Shown in pieces: positions 28,706 to 39,009 of a DNA stretch of 64,000 nucleotides. How positions within the stretch are numbered: position 1 is the stretch's first letter; each line of letters opens with the position of its first letter. The notes under the pieces are model-generated. The model saw only the letters and a list, made by a program, of their open reading frames with translations, did not search any database and was not told the origin of the DNA. Origin of the DNA: Candidatus Binatia bacterium. GTDB taxonomy: Bacteria > Desulfobacterota > Binatia > Bin18. The translations under genes and the position numbers were made by a program. The DNA lies in assembly GCA_963666315.2 (NCBI GenBank), contig CAXXHG010000030.1, positions 1-64,000 on the forward strand, given 5' to 3'.

Positions 28706-28758
28706 CCGTTTGTCCTGAGCGTAGCGTTAGCGAGGCCTGTCCTGAGTGCAGTCGAAGG
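28706..28758. repeat. REP-like direct units (GTCCTGAG...GTCGAAGG)
   Basis: CCGTTTGTCCTGAGCGTAGCG and CTGTCCTGAGTGCAGTCGAAGG; similar to 26793-26817. Confidence 0.55.
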
Positions 28759-28766
28759 ATCGAAGG

Positions 28767-29435
28767 ATGCATCTCTTCTTTGACCTGGATGGAACCCTGA
28801 CCAATCCGCGGCTCGGCATCGTGCGCTGTTTTCAGTATGCGCTGAAAGTCATGCAACGTACGGTGTGGAGTGGCAATGCATTAGAGCAATTCATCGGCCC
28901 TCCACTGCCTGAGTCTTTTGGGAAAATTCTTGAGATCGCCGATCAAGCGTTGATTGACGCAGGCGTACGATTATATCGTAAGCGCTTTGCCAAAGAGGGA
29001 CTGTTCGAGAATGAAGTATACCCGGACATCCCTGAGACCCTGGCAGCTCTCCGGGACGACGGTTTCGACGTGTTCGTCGTTACTTCCAAACCGCAAGTCT
29101 TTGCCGATCAGATCGTCCAGCACTTCGCGCTGGATCAGTATTTCCGGCGCGTGTACGGCTCAGAACTGTCCGGCGAACGTGCCACCAAGCCGGATCTTAT
29201 TCGCTACGTCCTTGAGCAAGAACAAATCTCAGCAAAACAAGTGGTTATGATCGGTGATCGCTCACACGATATTCTTGGTGCTCGTACAAACGGACTACGA
29301 TCAATTGGTGTTTTGTGGGGTTTTGGTTCGCGGGTAGAGCTTCAGGATGCTGGGGCAGATGAGATTGTTGCGTCGGTAGAAGAACTATTGATCTGTGTGG
29401 AGGTATTAGGAAAAGAACTGGCCCGGTTGAAGTGA
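28767..29435 (+). CDS. HAD-family phosphatase
   Basis: FDLDGTL, VTSK, MIGDRSHD. Confidence 0.9.
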   Translation: MHLFFDLDGTLTNPRLGIVRCFQYALKVMQRTVWSGNALEQFIGPPLPESFGKILEIADQALIDAGVRLYRKRFAKEGLFENEVYPDIPETLAALRDDGFDVFVVTSKPQVFADQIVQHFALDQYFRRVYGSELSGERATKPDLIRYVLEQEQISAKQVVMIGDRSHDILGARTNGLRSIGVLWGFGSRVELQDAGADEIVASVEELLICVEVLGKELARLK

Positions 29436-29494
29436 AAGAAGAAGAGCCGGGAGGTCAAAATTGACTAATGGTTTCGGATAGTTAAGGTGAGGGT

Positions 29495-29734
29495 ATGAGT
29501 GCAGAAAAAGACGTACAAAATGGAGGACGCGACATGCTGCGCATTGAGCTTGAGCAGGTGGACGACGGCCGTTGGATTGCCGAAATCCCCGACTTGGCGG
29601 GGGTCATGGCCTATGGAGCCACGACGGAGGAGGTCAAGGCTAAGGTTGAGGCGCTTGCACTTCGCACCCTTGCGGACCGACTTGACCACGGCGAAACCGT
29701 GCCCGAGCTCGGAGAGCTCTTTGTCACCGCATGA
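29495..29734 (+). CDS. hicB: HicB-family antitoxin
   Basis: EQVDDGRWIAEIPDLAGVMAYG; TTGACT-N16-TAAGGT upstream. Confidence 0.88.
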   Translation: MSAEKDVQNGGRDMLRIELEQVDDGRWIAEIPDLAGVMAYGATTEEVKAKVEALALRTLADRLDHGETVPELGELFVTA

Positions 29735-29943
29735 GTACGTGGCGATCGTCACGGGCTCGTCGTGTTCTTGCCGCCCTAAACCGAATAGGCTGGGCGATCA
29801 AACGCCGATCCGGCTCTCACCGCGTACTTGAACGAGAGGGCTGGCCTAATTTTGTATTCGCGTTCCATGATCGTGAAGAAATCGGCCCCAAAATGTTAGC
29901 ACGTATCGCACGTCATACCGGGCTCACTCCCGACGATCTATAA
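29731..29943 (+). CDS. hicA: HicA-family toxin
   Basis: IGWAIKRRSGSH, FAFHDREEIGPKML; ATGA overlap. Confidence 0.9.
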   Translation: MSTWRSSRARRVLAALNRIGWAIKRRSGSHRVLEREGWPNFVFAFHDREEIGPKMLARIARHTGLTPDDL

Positions 29944-30005
29944 CAACAGCCAAGACCGCAAAGAACGGCAGAATAAGATTGACAGCAAGACCGTAGGAGG
30001 ACCTT

Positions 30006-30965
30006 ATGGCGCTCTCAGTCCAAACGGAAAAATTCCGGTTCAGCCAAGCACTTCGGGACGGTGTTGTCGGCAAGCGGGTACTCATAACCAGAGCCGGTAA
30101 GGACGGTGGCCTCGGCCAGGCATTCGCCCTCTCGGCTGGGCTGAACGGTGCTGCTTCGGTCGGCGTACACTTCCATCGCAGCTACGTTGATGGATTCGAT
30201 TTGGTCCAAGTGCTGCGCAACGCAGGCGTCAACGCGCTTCCGGTGCAGGCTGATGTCACCAATATGGGCGATCTGTGGGCGACCCGAAGTTATGTCATCG
30301 AACAAATGGGCGGCCTGCCACCGAATTTAGTAATCTGCAACTCGGGCCTGACCGAAAAGGGCTATTCATTTGGACGCGCATTGCGTTAGATTGAAAACGA
30401 ACCCTTGGCCATGCGGCGGGCACGGGTGCGTCAGCATTTCATCGATAATCTAGAAGAATCACGCCTTGTCGTTGATACCAAAATAGACGGCTTTATTGCG
30501 TCAACCCATCTCTGGGCAGGCGAGGCCGTTTACCATGAAGAAGAGCTTCAGCTGGTCTATGTTTCCTCACGCCAGGCCATCGACCCCGGCGCATCGGTTC
30601 CCGGCTATGTCATAAGCTACTGGGCCGTGCTCAAGCTCCACGAGGTCTTAACCGTCAATCTCGGACGTAACGCAAAATTCGTTACGGCTGCGTCCATCCT
30701 CCTGCCCTTCATACGCACGAGCATAACGGACGCATATGCCGAGAATCCCAAGGTCTTTGGTCGCTGGCAACCGCGTATGCTGGAAACGCACGAGGCGGCA
30801 GAGGCGTTCATGCAGCTCCTCGCCCGTCCCAAAGACGAGCTCGATCAGGGTATGTTCGAGCTATTGGTGGATGGAAGCGTAGAAGAAACCCGCGTAACCT
30901 GGAAAAAGGTCCACCTTGATCTCCGTGAAGAGCCTTTGGATTGGAGCGAAACTTCACCGCTTTAA
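30006..30965 (+). CDS. atypical SDR-like oxidoreductase; in-frame TAG at 30387-30389
   Basis: Rossmann start VLITRAGKDGGLG, VQADVT, ICNSG; ORFs 30006 and 30405 share a frame; AGGAGG RBS. Confidence 0.7.
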
Positions 30966-31148
30966 TATTAGTAAGGCGAGACCTTCAGATCATTATCCGG
31001 GTTGCATTTCTGTTCGTTTCGATCCATACTACACAATTCTTCCTGCCAGTTCGGCTCATAGTGATAACCCATATCAATATGGCTGTAACAGGTAGGACTC
31101 ACTCCACGTCGCCTCAAACCGATGTGGATCGACCAAGAGGAGGTCATC

Positions 31149-31529
31149 ATCGGTACTAAGGTTTTTGTTGGGAACTTGAGCTATGACACCACGCAGAGTG
31201 AGCTCGACACTCTTTTTTCTGAAATTGGTGAGCTCATCGAAGTCTTCCTCCCGACCGACCGTGAAACCGGTCGGCCAAGAGGATTCGCATTCGTCGAATT
31301 TACAGACGCCGCGTCTATTCCGGCAGCCGTCGAACGGTTTGATGGCTACGAACTCGGAGGAAGAGCCATCCGTGTGAACGAGGCAGAAGACCGCCCACAG
31401 CGACGTCCCTCGAATTTTTCTAGTGACAGGGACCGACCATTTGAACGACCAAGAGGCGGACCAAGGGGCGGAGGGGCAAAGCCCAAGGGCAGTCGGCGCA
31501 ATCTTCGTCGTGGGAAGCGGAGCTTATAA
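31149..31529 (+). CDS. RRM RNA-binding protein (start uncertain: ATC 31149 or ATG 31122)
   Basis: RNP2 VFVGNL, RNP1 RGFAFVEF; Arg/Gly-rich tail. Confidence 0.92.
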   Translation: MGTKVFVGNLSYDTTQSELDTLFSEIGELIEVFLPTDRETGRPRGFAFVEFTDAASIPAAVERFDGYELGGRAIRVNEAEDRPQRRPSNFSSDRDRPFERPRGGPRGGGAKPKGSRRNLRRGKRSL

Positions 31530-31550
31530 GCCCCAATTCCATACGTTGAG

Positions 31551-31580
31551 AAAGGCGGGTCGTGAGACTCGCTTTTTTTA
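31551..31580 (+). terminator. Rho-independent terminator
   Basis: AAAGGCGGGTC-GTGA-GACTCGCTTTTTT. Confidence 0.75.
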
Positions 31581-31618
31581 TTGCTTGCTCAATGGATTAA
31601 GGGATAATGGAGGGAAGT

Positions 31619-32389
31619 ATGCTTCAGGTCTTTTCCATGCCGGTTGGATTTCTCGAGTTCGACACCAGAATATTTTTTCCTCAAGACAAGCAGGGTGAAC
31701 AGCTTATCATTCCGGTGCCGAGCTATTTGATTACCCATCCCAAGGGCAATGTGGTCTTTGACACAGGCGTGCACTGTCAGTGCATGGACGACCCCGAAGG
31801 CCGCTTGGGTGACATCGCCAAGACCTTTATCCCTCGCGCAAAGCCAGGCGAAGAGATTGTCAGTCAGCTGGCCAAGTTCAAGCTCACCCCTGACGACATT
31901 ACCTATGTCATCAACTCGCACTTCCACTTTGATCACGCGGGCGGAAACGAGTTCTTTCCCAAGTCAACCTTCTTGGTGCAGAAAAATGAATTAGACGCGT
32001 CCAAAGATCCGAAACTGGCGAAAAAGTCGTTCTTCGACCCCAAAGACTATAACCATCCACTCACCTACCAACCTGTGGATGGCGAAATGGATATTTTCGG
32101 CGACGGCACTCTGGTCCTCTTCCCCACTCACGGACACACCCCTGGTCACCAATCTTTGCGCATTCGGGTCACAAAAGGGACAGACATCGTGGTGACAGGA
32201 GATGCATGTTACACCAAGCGCAATATGGATGAAAACATGCTACCATCTATTTCAGTCAACGAGGACGAAATGTACCGTTCGCTTGGTGTCTTACGCGATC
32301 TTCGAGATAAACAGGGGTCTACGATTATCTACGGCCACGACCTCAACCAGTGGCACGAAATCCCACACGCCCCTGAGCCTCTGGGCTAA
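31619..32389 (+). CDS. N-acyl homoserine lactonase family metallo-beta-lactamase-fold hydrolase
   Basis: SHFHFDHAGG, GHTPGHQS, GDACY, GHD. Confidence 0.85.
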   Translation: MLQVFSMPVGFLEFDTRIFFPQDKQGEQLIIPVPSYLITHPKGNVVFDTGVHCQCMDDPEGRLGDIAKTFIPRAKPGEEIVSQLAKFKLTPDDITYVINSHFHFDHAGGNEFFPKSTFLVQKNELDASKDPKLAKKSFFDPKDYNHPLTYQPVDGEMDIFGDGTLVLFPTHGHTPGHQSLRIRVTKGTDIVVTGDACYTKRNMDENMLPSISVNEDEMYRSLGVLRDLRDKQGSTIIYGHDLNQWHEIPHAPEPLG

Positions 32390-32395
32390 GACCTC

Positions 32396-32746
32396 CTATC
32401 CGTTCTCCAGCCACGTCTTCCATATCTCCGGACAATGTCCAACGGTGGCCTCTCTGCCGTTACGGACTATCGGAGTCCGGACGAGGAGTGGATCTTCCAG
32501 CAACAGCGTTTCGATCCTGCCCCCATTCAATGAGGCATGGGCGAGCCCCTTCGCAACAAAACGAGGCCCTGAACGGTCAATCAATTCCGTGAGTGGGACG
32601 CGCGCAGCTACCGACCGGAGTTCACCCTTGGACAACCCTTTTTGACTCAGATCAACGAACTGAAAACGAATCTGCCGTTCCTTAAAAAATCGCTGGGCTT
32701 TCCGCGAGTCGGAACACTTCTTGAGACCGAAAATTTGGATATTCAT
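32396..32746 (-). CDS. ArsC/Spx family protein
   Basis: MNIQIFGLKKCSDSRKAQRFFKER; LVRTPIVR. Confidence 0.88.
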   Translation of the reverse strand: MNIQIFGLKKCSDSRKAQRFFKERQIRFQFVDLSQKGLSKGELRSVAARVPLTELIDRSGPRFVAKGLAHASLNGGRIETLLLEDPLLVRTPIVRNGREATVGHCPEIWKTWLENG

Positions 32747-32770
32747 TGCCTTGGACCCTCTGTTCTTGGT

Positions 32771-32871
32771 GCCTATCTGAATAACCATAGGCACCCGGTT
32801 CTGTCATTCTGAGCGCAGCGAAGAATCTCTCCCCTAGTCGTGGAGTTGGGATGTTTCGCTGCGCTCAAAAT
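32771..32871 (+). repeat. partial copy of a palindromic MITE/REP-like element
   Basis: GCCTATCTGAATAACC and TGTCATTCTGAGCGCAGCGAAGAATCTC...GATGTTTCGCTGCGCTCA; matches 45177-45306 in reverse. Confidence 0.75.
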
Positions 32872-33043
32872 TCTCGCAGAGAAAATTCTCTTAGCTTCTT
32901 GCAAAAAAGTCAAATCTCTGTCTATTGTAAAGTTACGAAGACCGCAGTAAACTGGTTGAACTTATTTTTCGGGCCATTTGAGCCTGGACAAGCCTATTAT
33001 GGTACGGTAGAGTATGTGGAGCAAAATAAGGAGGGACATCATC

Positions 33044-33121
33044 ATGACATGGGAAAAACCTGAATTTACCGAAGTGAGAATGGACGCCGAAATCAGCATG
33101 TACATTCTCGTTTCCGAGTAA
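33044..33121 (+). CDS. pqqA: PQQ precursor peptide (not in ORF track)
   Basis: MTWEKPEFTEVRMDAEISMYILVSE: W-x-K-P and E-x3-Y motifs; AGGAGG RBS; upstream of pqqB. Confidence 0.93.
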   Translation: MTWEKPEFTEVRMDAEISMYILVSE

Positions 33122-33143
33122 TTCCCTTATACAGGATTGCTTT

Positions 33144-33184
33144 TAACGGGCTTCCCCATCTTCAGGGAGAAGCCCGTTTTTTTA
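33144..33184 (+). terminator. hairpin/terminator between pqqA and pqqB
   Basis: AACGGGCTTC...GAAGCCCGTTTTTTT. Confidence 0.75.
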
Positions 33185-33220
33185 TCAACCGTCCGACTTT
33201 TTTGGAAGAGGGGCGATAGA

Positions 33221-34141
33221 GTGCGAGTCCGCGTACTAGGCTCAGGAGCTGGGGGAGGCTTTCCACAGTGGAACTGCAACTGCGATCATTGCCGCGGACT
33301 GCGCGCCGGGACTCTCAACGCCAAGCCGCGCGCTCAGTCGGCAATTGTCATCAGTGCCGATAACAAGCGCTGGTACCTCATCAATGCCGGCCCGGACATT
33401 CGCCAACAAATCGGGATGTTTGATGGTCTGGCCCCACGAGACGTTCCACGCCATACGCCTATTCAGGCAGTTTTGCTAACCAACGCCGAAGTTGACCACA
33501 TTGCCGGGCTATTGACCCTTAGAGAATCCCAGCCGCTCTATCTGTACTCCACTCAGCAGGTCCACGGCTGGATCATGGAGACCAATTCGATCTTTCAGAC
33601 CGTTTGTGGCCCCCCCCGCTGCACCTGGAAGACGGTCGAGCTGTCCGGCCAGCACGATCTGATCGGCGTTGATGAAAAACCCAGCGGTATCCGGTACGAA
33701 GCGTTTACTGTGCCGGGCCGCGCGCCGGCCTATCTCCTAGGAAAAGTCGATGATTGGAGCGAGGCGTCCATAGGCTATAAATTTATTGATACACAGACTG
33801 GCCGCTCACTCGTCTACCTGCCGGGGGTACGCCAGGTTGATGATACGGTCAAAGCTCGACTCAGCGACTGCGATGTATTCTTTCTCGATGGCACGTGCTG
33901 GACTGACGAGGAAATGATTGTTGTTGGACTGGCTCAGAAAACATCATTTTCGATGGGCCATGTCCCGATCAGTGGGTCCGAAGGCAGTTTGGAAAAACTC
34001 GCCGACGTCCGGAATGTACGCAAGATCTATACGCACCTGAATAACACCAACCCGCTGGTCATCGAGGATTCCCCACAACGTCGTGCAGCCGAAGAAGCCG
34101 GTTGGGAAGTTGCGTTTGATGGCATGGACTTCGAGGTGTGA
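33221..34141 (+). CDS. pqqB: PQQ biosynthesis protein B
   Basis: LGSGAGGGFPQWNCNC, DHIAGLLTLRE, DGTCW, MGH, HLNNTNP. Confidence 0.95.
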   Translation: MRVRVLGSGAGGGFPQWNCNCDHCRGLRAGTLNAKPRAQSAIVISADNKRWYLINAGPDIRQQIGMFDGLAPRDVPRHTPIQAVLLTNAEVDHIAGLLTLRESQPLYLYSTQQVHGWIMETNSIFQTVCGPPRCTWKTVELSGQHDLIGVDEKPSGIRYEAFTVPGRAPAYLLGKVDDWSEASIGYKFIDTQTGRSLVYLPGVRQVDDTVKARLSDCDVFFLDGTCWTDEEMIVVGLAQKTSFSMGHVPISGSEGSLEKLADVRNVRKIYTHLNNTNPLVIEDSPQRRAAEEAGWEVAFDGMDFEV

Positions 34142-34144
34142 GCA

Positions 34145-34917
34145 GTGAGCACGACACGCACAGCAGATTTAGCAGAACATCCGGAACATCCAGCACAGCC
34201 CGTCTTAAGCCCCGAGGAGTTTACGCAACGACTCCGAGCCATAGGCGCACAGGGGTATCATGACAAACACCCTTTTCATGTGTTGATGCATGCCGGCAAG
34301 CTGAGCAAGCGAACAGCTTCGGGCCTGGATCGAGAATCGTTTCTACTATCAGTCTATGATCCCCAGAAAAGATGCGGCCATCATGGCCCGCATCACCGAT
34401 CCAGATGTCCGGCGCGCATGGATACAGCGTATTCTTGATCACGACGGCCGTGGCAGCGATCCAGGCGGTATTCATAAATGGCTGGTGCTGGGTGAAGCAG
34501 CCGGACTCCCACGCGAAGACGTGGCCAGCTTTCGGTATGTTCTACCTGGGGTAACGCTTTGCGGTTGATGCCTATCTCACCCTTGTGCAGAGCCATTCCT
34601 TAATGTTGGCCATTGCCTCCTCACTGACCGAGCTTTTTGCACCCGCGCTTATGGCCCAACGACTCCCCGCCTTTGATGAACACTATCCCTGGGTCAAAAA
34701 AAAAGGCTTAGAGTATTTTCGGGTGCGACTTGAGCAAGCCCCACGTGATGTTGAGTATGGCCTGGATTATGTGATCAAGTACTGTCCGACCCGAGAGCAT
34801 CAAGAACAGGCTGTGGCTGCGCTCAGGACGAAATGTAATATTTTGTGGAGTCTGCTTGACGCCGTATACTATGCCCATGTCAGTCCCGGCTTCAAACCAC
34901 CCTTCTGGGAGGGATAG
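34145..34917 (+). CDS. pqqC: PQQ synthase; two frameshifts (~34310, ~34560)
   Basis: YHDKHPFH; [15 protein letters not shown]; [21 protein letters not shown] spread over three ORFs. Confidence 0.9.
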
Positions 34918-34953
34918 GCAAGTTTCTCGCCAACACAAGAAGGATTATCTGTA

Positions 34954-35256
34954 ATGGTTGACAGGCCACACAGACTGGACTCTTGGCAACCCCGCTTGGC
35001 CTCAAAAGCCCGCTTGCGCTGGGACAAGGTAGAGAAGCAATACATGCTGGTCTTCCCCGAAGCCGCACTCATGCTCAACCCAACGGCGGCAGAAGTGCTC
35101 AAGCTGTGTGACGGCGACCGCAGCGTCCCTGACATCATTGATACCTTGTATGAGAAATTCGCTGAGACAAAGCGCGAGCAAATTGAAGAACATGTCGTCG
35201 AATTGCTCACTCGCATCCATGACCGTGGTCTGTTAGAGACTGAGTCGGAGTCTTAA
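34954..35256 (+). CDS. pqqD: PQQ biosynthesis peptide chaperone
   Basis: [23 protein letters not shown]. Confidence 0.92.
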   Translation: MVDRPHRLDSWQPRLASKARLRWDKVEKQYMLVFPEAALMLNPTAAEVLKLCDGDRSVPDIIDTLYEKFAETKREQIEEHVVELLTRIHDRGLLETESES

Positions 35257-35257
35257 C

Positions 35258-36389
35258 ATGAGTCCGCCGCGTCCTTATACCGTTGTTGCCGAACTCTCTT
35301 ACCGCTGTCCGCTGAAATGTGTCTATTGTTCAAACCCGATTGAATTCCATACCATGCTGGGATGAACTCAGCACGGAGCAGTGGTGCCAGACTTTCACCG
35401 AAGCTGCCGATCTCGGTGTGATTCAGCTCCACTTTTCAGGCGGCGAGCCGCTGGTGCGTAAAGACATGCTGCCCCTGATTCGTCACGCCCATGCGTGCGA
35501 TCTATACACCAATCTCATCACCGGCGGGACGTTGTTAGATGAGGTCCAGCTCAAAGAATTTAAGACTGCCGGGCTCGAACATATTCAGTTGAGTATCCAA
35601 GATACTGACCGGAAAACGGCGGATACGATTGCCGGCATGCCGTCGTATGACAAGAAACTGGCCGTTGCTGATTCGATAAGAAAGCTCGGCTTTCCGCTGA
35701 CGATTAACATCAATTTGCATCGCCTGAATATTGACCGAGTGCCGGAGATCATTACCCAGGCCGCCGAGCTGGGTGCACAAAGACTGGAGCTAGCCAATAC
35801 CCAGTACTACGCCTGGGCCTTGGAAAACCGTGGGGCACTCATGCCGACGCGTGAGCAATATGACCGGGCGGAACAGCTCGCGCGGGAGGCTCGCAAGCGC
35901 TATCAGGGCACGATGGAAATCGTCTTTGTCAAAATCGACTACTTCGGCGATCGGCCCAAAGCCTGTTCCGGCGGCTGGGCGCGCAGTTATATGGTCATCA
36001 CGCCCACAGGAGAAGTCTTGCCCTGTCATGCCGCGCACGCGATTCCTCACCTCACCTTTGAGAGCGTGAAAGACAAATCCCTCACCGAGATCTGGCAAGA
36101 CTCACCTGCGCTGAATGCCTATCGTGGTGAGGACTGGATGCAGGAGCCATGTCGTAGCTGTGAGCAGCGAACGGTCGATTTTGGCGGCTGCCGTTGCCAG
36201 GCATTTCTGCTGACGGGAGATGCGGCGGCAACAGATCCAGTCTGTGGCCTCTCGCCCTTGCATGACGTCGTGATTAAGGCAGCCCAAGAAGCCCCACAGG
36301 AAAGCACCGATCTCGTGTACCGCGACCTGCGCACCAGCCGGCGCCTCTCTACACAATCCACCCATGCCACTGACGCCGCTCGCTCATGA
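35258..36389 (+). CDS. pqqE: PqqA peptide cyclase, radical SAM/SPASM; frameshift near 35355
   Basis: Manual N-terminus [27 protein letters not shown] (CX3CX2C); [23 protein letters not shown]. Confidence 0.93.
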
Positions 36390-36961
36390 GTGAAGCGCAG
36401 CCACATACGGCCGGCTCGCCCGGAAAAGACCAAGAAAAAGGAAAGAAGCGCATGAATGCCGGCATTCTCATCCTGGGCGGCCTCACTTTGGCGCTGGCCA
36501 TCATTGCCTTTATCAAAAGCCCCGACCTGCCCCTCAAAGGTCTTCAGTCTGGTTTTAGCCTCCTGCAACAGGTCTGGCTACCCTTGCTGCTCGGGTTCTG
36601 TTTTGCCGGATTTTTTAACGTCCTGCTTCCGCGTGAAGTCTTGGTTAAATGGATGGGCGAACAGTCCGGCACTAAGGGGATCTTGCTGGGCTGGCTCATC
36701 GGACTCGTGATGCCGGGTGGACCCTATGTAGTATTCCCAATAGCCGCTTCGTTGATTAAACAAGGCGTTGCCGTGGGTCCTTTGCTGGCCTTTATTACGG
36801 CCAAAACCCTGCTTTCCCCAACGCGATTATTGATCTGGGAAATCCCGTTTCTGGGCTGGCCGTTTACGGCCGCCCGGTTCCTGCCGAGCATTCTATTTCC
36901 GCCGATTATCGGTATCATCGGCCAGCGGCTGTTTAATATCTTCTCACGCTGGGCGGGTTAG
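36386..36961 (+). CDS. predicted permease (DUF318-like)
   Basis: Hydrophobic; PGGPYVVFPIAASL; ATGA overlap with pqqE. Confidence 0.75.
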   Translation: MSEAQPHTAGSPGKDQEKGKKRMNAGILILGGLTLALAIIAFIKSPDLPLKGLQSGFSLLQQVWLPLLLGFCFAGFFNVLLPREVLVKWMGEQSGTKGILLGWLIGLVMPGGPYVVFPIAASLIKQGVAVGPLLAFITAKTLLSPTRLLIWEIPFLGWPFTAARFLPSILFPPIIGIIGQRLFNIFSRWAG

Positions 36962-36980
36962 TCTGGGTCGTTAACTTTCC

Positions 36981-37460
36981 GTGCAAATGCGTCCGCTCGC
37001 CCTTACAATCATCCGCGATAGTGACTTGTCGGACGAGGAAACTCGATTCGTTGTCGCCTGGGAGAGCAAATTCTTCGGCAGTGAGTCTGCCGGAGCAAAC
37101 CTGAGCCGGGCGGCCGTCCAGTGGCGAATTTTGGCGCGATGTGGCGATGCTCTCGTCGGTCACGCGGCAATCTCGGACATACGGGTTTCGATCAATGACG
37201 CCTTTCCTACGGCCATGGCAATTGGTGGCTTGTTCACCCATTCTGAATTCCAAGGCCAGGGCATCGGTAACAAAATCATGGATGCCGCCGAACGCTTCGT
37301 TTTCGCTGACAGGGGAGCGGAACTCATACTGCCGTTTTGCCTGGCCTCCCTGCGCGAGTTTTATAGCGAAAGAGGATGAAACGTCGTCACTGAGCCCGTG
37401 CTACTCGAACAAACAAACGACTGGGTCGTGTGGAACGAAACGACGATGGGCTTATCCTAG
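36981..37460 (+). pseudogene. GNAT acetyltransferase with in-frame TGA at 37377-37379
   Basis: FQGQGIG motif A; FYSERG* continues NVVTEPVLLEQ where Trp is expected. Confidence 0.65.
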
Positions 37461-37549
37461 ACCGGCCTCAAAATTGATGACGCCTCGGTCCGTGTGTATG
37501 CCTGCCATCCGCTCCGGGTGGGGAAGGCAGTAGAAGCGCGAGAGCTATG

Positions 37550-37608
37550 AGCGAACGTAATCGCTCACGCGAGCCGTCTTTCGGCGTCGGGTGGAGCGCA
37601 AGCTAGGC
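37550..37608 (-). mobile_element. degenerate solitary integron attC-like site (59 bp)
   Basis: Minus strand GCCTAGC...GCGCTCCACCCGACGCCG-AAAGA-CGGCTCGCGTGAGCG...GTTCGCT; imperfect hairpin with bulged bases. Confidence 0.5.
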
Positions 37609-37984
37609 AGGCGCCTCTCCCTGCTGCAGCTTCGCCCAGTCATATTCTATGTACGCACCAGTCTTTCTGGCTTGTTCTACTCCAAAGAGCCGGCTCACCA
37701 CAGTCTGGCCTCACGCAGGTCGGCCATGGTCAGGTTAGCCTCAAACAGGTCGGTCCGGCGTGCCCAGCAGTTCATCCACGAGAAGCGTATTCTCGTCTAA
37801 AGTTTCTCGGGAAATCCCGCGATTATTCGTGAATGGGTTACGCTTATGGCCGCACCAAAACGAAGGCTGGACAGACAAGCTGCTTGTGGCGTATTCTGGC
37901 CGCCCGTGCACCTCCTATCGAGGCGATTGCGTGGAGGCGTTGCAGACACCCCTGTATAACCCGAGATCCTGCAAGGAGAGTTTC

Positions 37985-38828
37985 ATGACAAGGCGATCAT
38001 CCGTACTACGAGGAGCAGTTCTCAGCTTTATCTCCGTTTGGCGTCGCGACACAGGCGTCACTCAGCGAGCAGGGGGGCTCTCCCACATGAGGGCCGACGC
38101 TTCACGGGGTGCGCTCACCCCATTCATTACCCTCGTTAGATATCGACGGCGATGGCTTCAGCATCTGCAACGGCGACTGTGACGACAAGGATCCGAATGT
38201 CAACCCCGCCATCGCCGAAATCTGCAGCGACGGCATCGATAACAACTGCAACGACGTCATTGATGAAGGCTGCGGGCCAAATAATACGCCGCCCTTGGCG
38301 TCATTCGGCTCCACCTGTACGAGCCTTTCGTGCACCTTCACGGACAGCTCGACTGACACTGACGGGACGATCGTGTCCTGGTCGTGGGATTTCGGTTACG
38401 AGACGACGGCTACTATTCAGAACCCGAGTCATAGCTACGCGGCGGCTGGAACCTACGACGTGACACTTACGGTAATCGACAACGGCGGAACCCAGAGCGT
38501 CCCCACGTCGCAGCCAGTGACTGTAAACGAGCCGCTGGAAGAGCTAACCGTGAGTGGCATAGATCCGAATACGGTGCAGTTGCCCGCCTCCATTTTCGTC
38601 GCGACAATCGCCGGGACCGGGTTTGCCGCTAATGCGAACGTAAGCTTGAGCAATGGCGCAGGTCCGGCGCCCAAAGTGACGAGTGTGAGCGTTGAAAACT
38701 CGACGACCATCACGGCGACGATGACCTTTAAGAACGGCGGCCCGCAGCAGCCGAGGGTATGGGATCTGACCGTAACGGTAGGCGGAATGAGCGCGCCCCT
38801 CCAAAATGCACTCACGGTGTTGCCCTAG
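37985..38828 (+). pseudogene. secreted protein with Cys/Asp-rich (MopE-related) motif, PKD domain and IPT/TIG-like domain; N-terminus disrupted
   Basis: AGGAG RBS and ATG 37985; frameshift ~38035 and TGA 38088; DGDG..GDCDD.DP..EIC.DGIDNNCN; WSWDFG..HSYAAAGTYDVTLTV. Confidence 0.65.
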
Positions 38829-39009
38829 GAAGTTTTCTGGAATTCGGGCCGAGGGGACAAAGGTACCAAAGGTAAAACGAAGGATATTATCGCTTATTGT
38901 TAGATAACCTACACTCCAATAAGCTGACGGGTCTCCAGCAAAGACAGGAAGAGATGTTCGTTGAGACGTTCATCTCGTAACGATCTAGTGCGATCCGGCT
39001 AGGGCTGGA

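Noticed and set aside
29936-29990. Possible attC after hicA (CTATAAC at the stop codon)
   Set aside because: No matching GTTRRRY end or adequate hairpin
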